64,000 nucleotides of DNA from a virus (Duplodnaviria; Caudoviricetes). Shown here piece by piece: positions 22,608-32,504 of this stretch. The notes under the pieces were generated by a model. It searched no databases. It saw only the letters and a program-made list of their open reading frames with translations, and had not been told where the DNA came from. The stretch covers positions 1 to 64,000 of IMG/VR virus record IMGVR_UViG_3300026522_000002; one strand, written 5' to 3'. Numbering within the stretch: position 1 is the first letter of the stretch; every line of letters starts with the position of its first letter. The position numbers and the translations under genes are program-made.

Positions 22608-23531
22608 TTATGTTTCAACGATATTGTTATACATCAGGTCGTTCTCGAATTCAAGAATACACGGTTTTCCTGCATCTCTGTTTTTCAAGATATGCATAAA
22701 TATTTTATTGTTTGTAGGTAAATGACTTGGACCGTATTCTTGTATACCAAGTATTTCTGGTCTGTGAATCACTATTACGTAATCACTGCCCTGAAACATA
22801 GCATCCGAAGAGCTCAAATCACTTCGCATTGGATAGTGAGAGAGCGGGTTGTTTATTCTTTCAGAAGACTCAATATTTCTATTCATCTGCGCTAATTGTA
22901 CTACAGATGTCATTGGCAGTTTCTTTGCCTTAATGAATACCCTTTCAAGTTCACTTATCGTTTCTATTACAGAACCAACCTGTTTAGTTAAAAGAGCATG
23001 ATCATATGTAATAATAAAGTGCTTGTTTGTGCCTTTTACATAGTGATTGTAGAAAGATTGAATTGTTTCTTCAACTTGCTTGGGAGTACCAGGATCATCT
23101 ACAAAGTAGATTGGATATTCCTTTAGCTGATTGGATACAGCGACAACTTTTCTGAACGTATCGTCGTCGAGGCTCGTTTCCGAGCTATACAAAGTCGAAG
23201 TCGTTTTCCTAAGCTTATTAGAAAGCGTTCTTCCAACTTGCCTAAATCCAACCATCTCTAATGAGAAGTTCAAGATGATAATGTCTTCATCTGGATTCAA
23301 ATCAATTATATCTGTAGTAAGTTCATTTACAAAACTAGACTTACCACTAGCCGAAATACCAGCTATGGTAATAACGACATTTGGTTCAATGCCTCCCATA
23401 CACTGCTTATTGAACTTAGTCCATCTTGTCTTTAAAGACGTAATAGACTTGTCTCTTCGTCCAGCTATATATGCTACAGCTTCTTTTGTGACTTGAGACA
23501 TTGAACGTATGTTAGATAAGTTCTGTTCCAT
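22608..23531 (-). CDS. dnaB: DnaB-like replicative helicase
   Basis: IAGISASGKS, FSLEM, LAQMNR, SDLSSS and ILKNR motifs. Confidence 0.92.
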   Translation of the reverse strand: MEQNLSNIRSMSQVTKEAVAYIAGRRDKSITSLKTRWTKFNKQCMGGIEPNVVITIAGISASGKSSFVNELTTDIIDLNPDEDIIILNFSLEMVGFRQVGRTLSNKLRKTTSTLYSSETSLDDDTFRKVVAVSNQLKEYPIYFVDDPGTPKQVEETIQSFYNHYVKGTNKHFIITYDHALLTKQVGSVIETISELERVFIKAKKLPMTSVVQLAQMNRNIESSERINNPLSHYPMRSDLSSSDAMFQGSDYVIVIHRPEILGIQEYGPSHLPTNNKIFMHILKNRDAGKPCILEFENDLMYNNIVET

Positions 23532-24075
23532 ACGCAGCGGAGTTTGTTTTCGTGTCTGACATTTCTTGCTCAGATTCTTCCCAAGCATGTTCTACTAACC
23601 ATTTGTACATAGTTTTCATGTAGCCTAATTTACCAGTTCTAACCTTTTTAGATACTTCGAAATCTAAGCATTCTATAAGGTGTTGAGCCATGGCTTCACT
23701 AAGTCCTGTATACAAATTAAACAGGTGATGGCACCTGTTTATATTGGTTTTTAGATAGGCTTTTGTCCCATCTGGTCGTAAAACATATTTTGGATATATC
23801 TCGCTAAACTGTTCGAAATAAGTTTTCGAAGGCTTTAGAAAATCTGTAAGCTTTTCAGTTGGGCGATATATAATTGCATCTCCTTCAGTAGTAGAGGAGA
23901 TGAGATTCTGATCAATTAAATACTGTATTTCGTCGTCGCTAATTAGGCTGACAATCTTGCGGACGTCTTGATTAGATTTTTGATTCTTATCCAATACAGT
24001 ACTAAGGAAGAATAATTGATTTGTGTTGATTTGCTCTGGCATGTGCAAGAGCTTCGTATTTACTTCAATAATCAT
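23512..24075 (-). CDS. Putative replication initiator/helicase-loader-like protein
   Basis: Lies upstream of the helicase; FEQFSEIYP and YMKTMYKWL pattern. Confidence 0.55.
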   Translation of the reverse strand: MIIEVNTKLLHMPEQINTNQLFFLSTVLDKNQKSNQDVRKIVSLISDDEIQYLIDQNLISSTTEGDAIIYRPTEKLTDFLKPSKTYFEQFSEIYPKYVLRPDGTKAYLKTNINRCHHLFNLYTGLSEAMAQHLIECLDFEVSKKVRTGKLGYMKTMYKWLVEHAWEESEQEMSDTKTNSAAYGTELI

Positions 24076-24105
24076 CTCTTATACTCAAGGTTAACAAGTT
24101 GGTTA

Positions 24106-26300
24106 CTAAAATAATTCGAGTTGCTGATATGACAAATCTGCTATAATCTTATTCGCTTCCGAAATATAGTAATTATAGTTAATGTGTCTTTCAGTTATAG
24201 GTAAGTCGTCCATTTTATTTAGTATTGTGACACCTGACTTCGTGAGCATATTTTCCTCTTTCCCGTCTTTGTCTACCTTATAAAGTGAATAACCATTAGT
24301 GCTGGCATAATATCGATTTATACGTTGTACAAACCGATCGCCGTGTCGGACTTTAAATTTCTTATCAGTTCTTTGACTCATTAAGAAATCATGTATATCT
24401 GTCTGTTGTCTTATAAATTCAGACACAGGTTGTTTCGTTAAGAAATAGTTTATCACAGCTTTTGGAATTACTGTCGGTGCTAACCCTTTTCCCAAAACAG
24501 GTTCTGTTCTAAACATTCCTCGTTTTTCTATCAGTTCTGGATCATGTGATTGTTCATATCCATCAACGACCCCAAAATAATCGTTGACTGCGTACTGATA
24601 AAACGCCTCATAGTTGTCGCTTTCAAAAGTAAGTTGTGTTATTTGCTCTACTTCAGACACTGTTTCCTGAATCTCATCTTTAGCGGTTTTCTTAGCAATA
24701 AACATTACACCATCTGTATTGATTTGCACAATCTCGCAATTCAATTCCAGCAAACGGTCCACTAACATAAGAAGTATCAATTGTCCATTAATACGTATCC
24801 TGAAAACGTTAAATGGATCGTACATCCAACTTTCTTCTTGTTGCATTTTTCCCGTGACAGAATTTAAAGTTAATTTAAGGGCTTTATCTTTAATTTTCTG
24901 TCCGCTATGTTTTGCTTCTATGCGCTCATTGTATATTTGCTCATAGACTTTCAAAAAACTTTCACCTAAGTGTCTGGGAGTAAGTTTATGCTTAATAAGC
25001 AAACTCGGATACATTGCCACGTTGTGATACACTAAGATGCGTAATTGTGTATCCAGATCTTTCAATCCTTGTCGACTATATCATAACTTAATATCATAAT
25101 AAGTTCAAATTATTTCGAATATGCGCATCAATCATATCCTACTCTCTTTCGAGATAGTCTGTGAACGTTCTTCCGATTGGAAGCTTCGCTGCGGATTGCC
25201 CAATCTTTACTGCTTTTACAATATGACAGGTCATTACCCTATCTGCTGCCATTTACATTTCTGCAATGCGCTGTGAGTAAAGCTCTAAGGGGGTTCCCGC
25301 AATTAAATTTGTTTTACTGGCGCCAAATCTTCAACGCCACATCACTGTGTCCGATATACTCGTCAGGTCCTGGTCGGAATATCTTTGGTTTATTCAGCGA
25401 ATGAATACCTCCTACACCAATAGAATACACCGTATTCGAGAGAACGAACTTCTTCTCGTAGCCTTTGCGTTCTTTTGAGTAGACTATTTGCCCTTTCATC
25501 TCCTCAAGAACGGCTTGTAATTCTGGGTTTTTATATTTGATGAATGGAAATATAACATCCTTTAGAGGAATGTAATCCATCGGAGAACGCATCTCTTTGA
25601 GTTCATTCATTGAGATTCCTGTCGCTTCACAATATTTTTTAGCAAGAATTGTTTCTCCGAATTTCACACTATCCATCGAAAGTGCGTCAATTCCATATTC
25701 ATCTTGAATAAACAAACGTATTTTTATGTCTTTTTGAAGGCGATTTAATAACTCTTCTGTAGACTCTACGTCGTTTATATTGTATGCAATCATTTTATCT
25801 ATTTCGTATACTGGTAAATACGCTCCAAAATCTCCATCGTACTCTTGCACGTTTTTGTAGTGCATTGTTACCTGCATACTTTTTAGACTAACTCTTAATT
25901 TAGAGCTGAATTGCATTGTAAGCAAATCCATAGAATAAAAGTAATGTGCGTACTTCCACTTCTTGAATTTACTTATCTCTTCCATTGTTGTTGCTTTTAT
26001 AACAGCATTTGAGAGATTGTACAACGATTCACAAACTTGTTCTATTGATTTATGAATTAAGATACCGTAATGGTAAATGATGTAGTTTATGATTACATCA
26101 TCGTAGTGTTTATTGTTATAACCACAAAATATTACGTTCTTTTCCATAAAAAAGTAAACAAGACTTATTAGGTCTCGTTTACGCTCAGATAGTTCGAATT
26201 TGTATAGTTGTCCAGTCTCTGTATTCTTGCAACAACAATGAAATACATTTGGAAATACCTCAATATCGTAGGTAATTACCGGACAGTTTCGTATACACAT
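24106..26300 (-). CDS. polB: Family B DNA polymerase (exons 26300-25334 and 25016-24106)
   Basis: Exonuclease YDIE and GYNNKHYD; spliced motif A DVASMYPS; KLTLNSVTG; NTDG. Confidence 0.94.
25017..25333 (-). mobile_element. Compact ORF-less group I intron (317 nt) in PolB motif A
   Basis: P1 TGGCGT/GCGCCA with a U.G pair; core AATCCGCAGC, GTTCACAGACTA and ATGATATAGTCG; terminal G. GCG T|CA ATG TAT CCG restores ASMYP. Confidence 0.94.
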
Positions 26301-26326
26301 GACTTATAGTTCTTAGTTATACTTAG

Positions 26327-26416
26327 TGGACATGATGAGACTCGAACTCACTGTAAGCCACCGCCTCAGACGTCAAATGCTTTCCCTCTAGGGTACTCGG
26401 CCGGTCCTACATGCCC
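26327..26416 (-). ncRNA. tmRNA-TLD-like mini RNA with alanine identity elements
   Basis: Acceptor GGGCATG/CATGTCC-A (G3.U70, A73); no D stem; T-arm GTGAG-TTCGAGT-CTCAT. Confidence 0.68.
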
Positions 26417-26421
26417 AATCG

Positions 26422-26495
26422 TAGCGGGAGAGGGATTCGAACCCCCGATTCTGAGATTATGAGACTCAGCGGATAGACCACTTCCATATCCCGCG
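26422..26495 (-). tRNA. tRNA-Met(CAT), initiator-like
   Basis: CTCATAA anticodon loop; C1 mismatch; T-loop GGTTCGAATCC. Confidence 0.85.
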
Positions 26496-26730
26496 ATACG
26501 AGGACTTTCGTTTTGAGGCGTCCTCTATGTGCTTCCCTGTATCCTGTTGATTTTTTCAGTCCTAGATCCTAGGCAGTTGTCACAAACCTCATTGTCCGTA
26601 TCGCAGAATTGTACTACTCTCTATTGCCCATAGAGAACCAACTAGTTGTTAACAACACTTGGTGATACGGTGTTCCAGTGTACTTCCTGAAACGTAATCA
26701 CAAATTATCTATTTTTCATAGATTATGTGA

Positions 26731-27258
26731 CTATGCTGCCTTCTTATAAGCCTCTTTCGATTCCTTATTTTTGGACTCTAATATACTATAAATAAGAGGG
26801 CGAGTATATTTCTTGACGTACTTTTGACTCAAGAACTGCACTATTTTATCGTGTTGTGCTTCACGCTCTGCTACCCATTTAGGATATTCTTCCTTGTAGA
26901 AGATGTCGTTCTCCAATGGTTTTGGATTTTTCTTCTCCCATTTGGATAGTTTGTCTTTGAGGTAAGCTTCGATATACTCTTCATGAGTCGTCTTTGCTTG
27001 CTTACGATTGTTTTCAATAGCGATACTTTCCTTCTTCGTAAGGTAATACCAAGGCTTCTGCTTATTAAGCTTTTTGCCTTTTCCTACTCGATCCTTAATC
27101 GTGGTAGCACTTATGGCTGGACGGAAGTCACGATATTCGTCTATACCATCATATTCGCCAGGATCGTTTGCTTTTATTGTAGGAGGAATACAGCACTTCT
27201 GATTTCTAATGCTGTAGAGCTTCTTCTGAAGCTTCTTATTTATTGTTTTCTTGCCCAT
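26731..27258 (-). CDS. Basic hypothetical protein ending in -AA
   Basis: 175-aa ORF preceded by the CATAATCAAT-ATG leader. Confidence 0.75.
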   Translation of the reverse strand: MGKKTINKKLQKKLYSIRNQKCCIPPTIKANDPGEYDGIDEYRDFRPAISATTIKDRVGKGKKLNKQKPWYYLTKKESIAIENNRKQAKTTHEEYIEAYLKDKLSKWEKKNPKPLENDIFYKEEYPKWVAEREAQHDKIVQFLSQKYVKKYTRPLIYSILESKNKESKEAYKKAA

Positions 27259-27550
27259 ATTGATTATGAATTAAATCTGACAATTGGGAATCAGTTAAAA
27301 ATACATTGGATATTACAGCCCCGTTAGAAAATGTTATAACACAAGGCTTAGAGTTTGTCTCTATCATATAGTTTTCAACTAATTCATACCATGCCTCTTT
27401 TTTGTCTTCTTTCGTAAAAGCAGCAGTTCTAATTGTTATAATTTCCTTCTTATCGAAGAAAAAATCTACCATAAGCGTATATGGATCTTCTTGTGGTTTT
27501 CCAATTACTTTCTTAGGAACTATTGTTTTTAAAATTACCGCCGTTTCCAT
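27236..27550 (-). CDS. Hypothetical protein
   Basis: Coupled ORF. Confidence 0.65.
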   Translation of the reverse strand: METAVILKTIVPKKVIGKPQEDPYTLMVDFFFDKKEIITIRTAAFTKEDKKEAWYELVENYMIETNSKPCVITFSNGAVISNVFLTDSQLSDLIHNQYGQENNK

Positions 27551-28083
27551 TATGCTGCTGCTTTAAAGTTCAATTTCTGCTGTACAGGCTTTTGTGAGCC
27601 CTTAAATTTGGCCCGTTTAGGGGTCACCACGGCCTTTTTACTCTCTGCCCTGATCATTGCAAGGGTAGCCTTTTTTACGCGCTTAGAGAGCTTCTTATCG
27701 TAGTTGGTCGTTTTACTACCTGTACTGTGCACAGTACCACTAACCTTCTTCTTGTGGAGGCGCTTGAGCTTACCAAGAGCCAATTCTGGAGCAAGTGTTG
27801 CTGATATATAACGCACCTTATAGACCTTAAGGTTGCCTGTTTTGGGGGATTTGAACTCGAATTTTACATCCTGAACAAGCTTCTTGATACGTTCTGCCTC
27901 TTCCTTTGTGAGGTCCTTCATATAGAAGTATGTTTCGGTTGCAATCTTAGGTTCGAAGTGATTGTTCTGAAGAACAAGACTTACTTCTGTTTCGAGAATT
28001 GGGTCATATCCGACCATCAAGTTGTATTTCATTGGACGAGCTGCTAACTTAGCTGCTACGTTTGCTTTCTTATGCTGTTTCAT
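27550..28083 (-). CDS. Lys-rich hypothetical protein ending in -AAA
   Basis: ORF with the conserved leader. Confidence 0.75.
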   Translation of the reverse strand: MKQHKKANVAAKLAARPMKYNLMVGYDPILETEVSLVLQNNHFEPKIATETYFYMKDLTKEEAERIKKLVQDVKFEFKSPKTGNLKVYKVRYISATLAPELALGKLKRLHKKKVSGTVHSTGSKTTNYDKKLSKRVKKATLAMIRAESKKAVVTPKRAKFKGSQKPVQQKLNFKAAA

Positions 28084-28127
28084 ATTGATTATGATGTTAA
28101 ATTGTTAATATTGTGGGAAAATATTAG

Positions 28128-28198
28128 TAGTCTATACAGGACTCGAACCTGTTTCACCGGCTTACTTAGCCGGTGCTTTACCAATAAGCTAATAGACC
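28128..28198 (-). tRNA. Atypical tRNA (nominal AGT/Thr anticodon, A33 in place of U33)
   Basis: Full cloverleaf; anticodon arm CCGGC-TAAGTAA-GCCGG. Confidence 0.7.
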
Positions 28199-28398
28199 TA
28201 CGTTGTTGCACTATACGTATTCGTACAACAACGCAATGAAACCCCTTTTATAATCCGCAACGGCAAGGTCCTTATTTGTGTGCCGTTCACTGCGCGCGAC
28301 CTTAATCTTAGGATTATTACTTAGTTTTTCACACCTTGTAGTTTGTGACGAACCGACCGTCATAGAAAGTCCTTGCATACTTCAAACTATATCGAACA

Positions 28399-28947
28399 TC
28401 ATATTGTGAGTTCCAACTTAAAGTCGTCTGCAATTGACGTGATGTCGATATCTGTGTTCTTATTGAACTTCTCCATTGCTGCATCATACTTATTAGCCTC
28501 AAGCTGGAGAGTCTTTTTCAGGGAAGCGATTTTTGCACTTGTGAAAGTTTCCTTCTTAGAGAGACTTGCTTTACCCTTCTTTGCCTTCTCGATTGGGTTC
28601 AAGGTAGGAATCAAAGAAAGCTGTGCAAGAGCCTCTTTTGCCTCACATGCTGCAAAAATGCTATAATTATTTGTCTTTTTGAAGGCTTCATAATCGAATG
28701 TTGTTATGCCTAAATTCAGGTACATAAGCATACCTTTAATCTTGATACGCTTATCCTGAAGCTGAGTAATATAGTTGTACAGTGCCTTGAGGTCTTTACC
28801 AGAACCGAGGCCAGCCTTAATCTCCTTGGTTGACATCACGTTTTCGTTACGGATTGTCTTCCAAGACTTCGTGATCTCTGCATCGAGATTCTTACGAATA
28901 TTAATAATGTTACTTGAGTTCAACTTGATTGATGTCTTCTTATTCAT
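28399..28947 (-). CDS. Hypothetical coiled-coil protein
   Basis: ORF; likely start MNKKTS. Confidence 0.75.
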   Translation of the reverse strand: MNKKTSIKLNSSNIINIRKNLDAEITKSWKTIRNENVMSTKEIKAGLGSGKDLKALYNYITQLQDKRIKIKGMLMYLNLGITTFDYEAFKKTNNYSIFAACEAKEALAQLSLIPTLNPIEKAKKGKASLSKKETFTSAKIASLKKTLQLEANKYDAAMEKFNKNTDIDITSIADDFKLELTI

Positions 28948-29179
28948 GTAGATTTGATTTAAATTAAACATAACAGTTGAATTCGAGTGCCATTTACCTA
29001 GTCCTCTAAATACCCTCACGAATATTTAAAGGAACTACCTCAGAAGTAGATGCACGCATGCGTCTCTTCTGGGGTAGTTGTATGTTTAGGAGATCTTCAA
29101 TAGACTTTAGTATTTTTACAGTTATACTTTGGTTAATGAGTACATATCCCGCAGGCACGCACTCGTAGTCCGCAGACCA

Positions 29180-29770
29180 CTAAATCCGCCGCACACCCGT
29201 AATACCATACGTTAAGCCTACATGGAGTGAATCTCCAATACTGTCGAGTATAGGAATAACTTTTGTGGTGCCATCCTCAAGCTGTATCACAATTTGAGAT
29301 GGCCCGCTGCGCTCGATTAATACCTGCTTACCGTCTTGGCCATTAGCCAGAGCCCCCTCGGGAGCTACGGGTTGCTGGTACCCACCGCTGAGCTGAGCCA
29401 CATGGCGCCAACAATCAAAGAGCCGATTAATGACCCCGTCGTAATTTTTATCACGAACCGAGTTCATTACAATCTCTTGAGACAAACCCTTTAAGATCGC
29501 ACGATTGTTTAAACCACTCGAGCAATCCACAAGGGAATCCCAAATGTTTAATGCTACAGATTCAAATGGAAATTCATCCTGACAATTCAGAAGTCGATTC
29601 CACCAACGAACGGACGTTTTACCGAAAATTACAGCTCCGCTGTCTTCGATTGTACAAATCTTGTACTTTTCTTTGTCCTTGGTGTTCTCTAACAACTTTA
29701 CCGAAATCTTCGGGTCTGCTATCAGAATTTCCAGTAGTTTTCTGCATGCTGGCGATATTAATGCCGACAT
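29180..29770 (-). CDS. Hypothetical protein
   Basis: 196-aa ORF ending in TAG. Confidence 0.7.
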   Translation of the reverse strand: MSALISPACRKLLEILIADPKISVKLLENTKDKEKYKICTIEDSGAVIFGKTSVRWWNRLLNCQDEFPFESVALNIWDSLVDCSSGLNNRAILKGLSQEIVMNSVRDKNYDGVINRLFDCWRHVAQLSGGYQQPVAPEGALANGQDGKQVLIERSGPSQIVIQLEDGTTKVIPILDSIGDSLHVGLTYGITGVRRI

Positions 29771-29775
29771 AAGGC

Positions 29776-30417
29776 TTAGTCAGTTACAATGATAACTTCC
29801 TTGCTTGCAGGAGCAGCCTTACCTGGGAGATTTACTACCACGGGCGTGGGAGTGTCTTCAGGGTTAGTACCCTTAGTCAACTGATCGTAATACTCCTTGG
29901 ACTTCTTGTTGTTCTCGTTAATAGCCGAGTCAACCTGAGCGATTGCCTTGTTGATCTCCTCGCGGAGCTTCACAAGACGCTCTTTCTCATCATAGTTGAG
30001 AACGTTTACCTTCTCAACGAGTTTCTTAGCGTCAGCGAAGATGATGTTCTTGTCGCCAGTAAGAGCCTTGCCGAGAGCATCCTCAGTTACGTTAGAGAAT
30101 GTCTTACCATCAGAACTGATAGATACAGACACTTCGTCTTCAGTATCCTTATTCAGGATCACCTGAGCGTCACCGAGAGCGCCATTAGCCAGTTGTACAC
30201 TGAGAATGTCGTGACCTACTACGCGGAAACGACGAGGGGTACGGTTGAGGATTAAGTCCACATTACCGTTACGTTCAACTTCTACTTTTCGCTTTTCGAA
30301 GTCGAGAATCGCAGCCCGTGCTTCGGGCTTAAAGAACTGGGTACCAAGAGTACCACCAATGATACGAAGATCAGGGCGGCATGACTCAGCCACCTTGCTT
30401 AAATCTACTTTTTCCAT
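29776..30417 (-). CDS. Hypothetical protein (likely highly expressed)
   Basis: 213-aa ORF with biased codon usage. Confidence 0.8.
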   Translation of the reverse strand: MEKVDLSKVAESCRPDLRIIGGTLGTQFFKPEARAAILDFEKRKVEVERNGNVDLILNRTPRRFRVVGHDILSVQLANGALGDAQVILNKDTEDEVSVSISSDGKTFSNVTEDALGKALTGDKNIIFADAKKLVEKVNVLNYDEKERLVKLREEINKAIAQVDSAINENNKKSKEYYDQLTKGTNPEDTPTPVVVNLPGKAAPASKEVIIVTD

Positions 30418-30469
30418 TTACTTATCCTATTTGATATCGTGGTTGATTCCACCAACGATAAGTTAAACA

Positions 30470-32340
30470 TGTTTGAATTCCGTATTCTGCATACGGGTTT
30501 TTATTTTTGTTGTTCAATACTTATTTTACGTTACGATTGCTGTTCTAATGTTTAGCACGCTTTCGTCATAGGCTAGTTATACCCCAAGGGATATAACGGG
30601 GATCCAACGGTAGGATCATCCAGGCCCGTAATCTATGGCGTTTTTTAAAGCTTTGAATGTCGTATGTGTATAATCAAATACTAAGTTTTTGAACATGATT
30701 TTTAGAAGTATAAAAATTATGTGATTTTACCCACTAAGCGCTCTACTTATCAGGAAATAAGGGAGGGTTCACTAGCTGAGGTAATTCCACATTGTAGATA
30801 AAAAGATTTGTTTTGGTTGATATATCTTCGATATTTTCCCGTTTTTGCAAAGACGTATCTTCCTGATTTACAGTTTACTCTGGTGCCGTAAGTTTATTGC
30901 GCTGGCTTACGGGCCTCGTTTCCTACTTTTGTGCTTTTGGGTGCTTGCGTGAGGAGTACGCTTCATTATCGGACGATCTCGGGACTCCAGAATCCTTCAC
31001 AGACCTTACGGCTTTTTAAGACTTTGCTGTCCCTTTGTTTATAGTGCACGAACACTGGGGAGTTCAACCCATACACATAGTTTCTTGTCACCCACTTACC
31101 TTGCTTGTCACACACCTCGAGACAGGAGGTAGTGATCTACCTGCATACGCTTCGAGCACTGCGTCTAATGGCTACAGTAAGCTGCCCATCGATTTTTGTG
31201 TATTCGGCTCTATGCTTTCCACCCACATGAGTTGCTGCTCAATGCTTCGTTTCGTTTCGCATTCTGCCTAAATTATTTCACAGTTACGGTTGGCACTCGA
31301 CTTTCTCCGATCAGTTCCACTACTTACAACGTAGGTTTTCCTAGGAGGGAACAGTCAATTTTGTTAAACATGTTATCATCATTCTTTGTTGTATTTTGTT
31401 TTCATTCAAAATCTAATACGGATATACGCATACGACAACAGTCTTTTTTTCATATCTTCATCACAAAAAGAGGTATAAATATGCGGCACCATTTCGAAGG
31501 TACTTGCTAATACAAACACGTAAGTATAATGCGCTTTCTCAACTGGGTGTGAGAGTCTGAATATACTCGCGTATAGATTTGAGTTTTTGGCTATCACGTA
31601 ACCACCGAGGGGTGTAAGGTTTTTATCCTTACTACCGAACATACACTTGTTACGCCTAAATAACTTATGTATGGAGAATCAGCCATATGTACGCGGGCTC
31701 GTTCCGCTGAGGCGGGGCCTTCCACCTCCTAATCATTTACTTTTATATAACCGCTTGAACGATCAAAGCCTGGCGGTCTATACTCCATATTAAATCAGCC
31801 GTATTACCCTCTTACTCCCCTCGTGTTAGACGCCGAGAGGCACTGGATTTGCACCAGTTTGGACTTACCTAGGCTACGTAGTTACGGTACGCATTCAGTT
31901 AGAACTAATCTGAATCTCCATTAATACTTCTGTATAACTTTTTCGCTCCTTCATAATGAGTTTGGACCTCATGAACACTAAGCTCGGCTAAATGACATAT
32001 CATACTTATTGTGGATGCTGTGCCTTGGTATGTGCGATTACCTTCATCGCTTCCCTGGTCTCGGCTAAGTATGTGGCAACTCGTGTTTCGTTATACTGTG
32101 TTTATATGTCATTACACAGCATGTCCGATACGGTACACTGTTTTGCTCCTTTTGAGTCTTATGCGTCTTCTCTTGAATACATCACCAGACGGTTCTCATG
32201 CATCAGAATAGGGTTTTAGTACTACGCTCTCCCTAATACAAAGGAGTTTTTCACGCTCCAATGTCTTCCATCCTACCTTTTGAGCTCTATTTTCAAGCTT
32301 TATCGCCATCAGAGATGGTTTACATATTCTCGGATCAAGT
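30470..32340 (-). ncRNA. ~1.9-kb ORF-free structured region, candidate giant ncRNA(s)
   Basis: No credible ORF in either code. Many hairpins plus long-range pairs such as CTGTTCCCT/AGGGACAG. Confidence 0.5.
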
Positions 32341-32342
32341 AG

Positions 32343-32478
32343 ATTGTTACTTACCATATCTCCCGTATTAAAAATCTCAGCTATTCTCACGAACCACTGA
32401 GACGAGCTTAATAATAACATTCAAACTAAACAAGTATGCCTTGTGGGAGAGCGGGGAGTCGAACCCCGCAGTAACAAT
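32343..32478 (-). ncRNA. Circularly permuted tRNA-like element
   Basis: ATTGTTACT-G-CGGGG-TTCGACT-CCCCG-CTCTCCC-A comes before its partner GGGAGA-TATGGTA-AGTAACAAT. Confidence 0.68.
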
Positions 32479-32504
32479 AGTTGTATCAGGGCTAATGAGA
32501 CCCT

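Noticed and set aside
31803-31860. Third permuted tRNA-like element
   Set aside because: A T-loop-like hairpin is present, but the putative acceptor strands are better explained by a local hairpin.
31035-32420. Short ORFs listed in the 2-kb gap
   Set aside because: Atypical composition, no start context and mutual overlaps; probably shadows of non-coding RNA.
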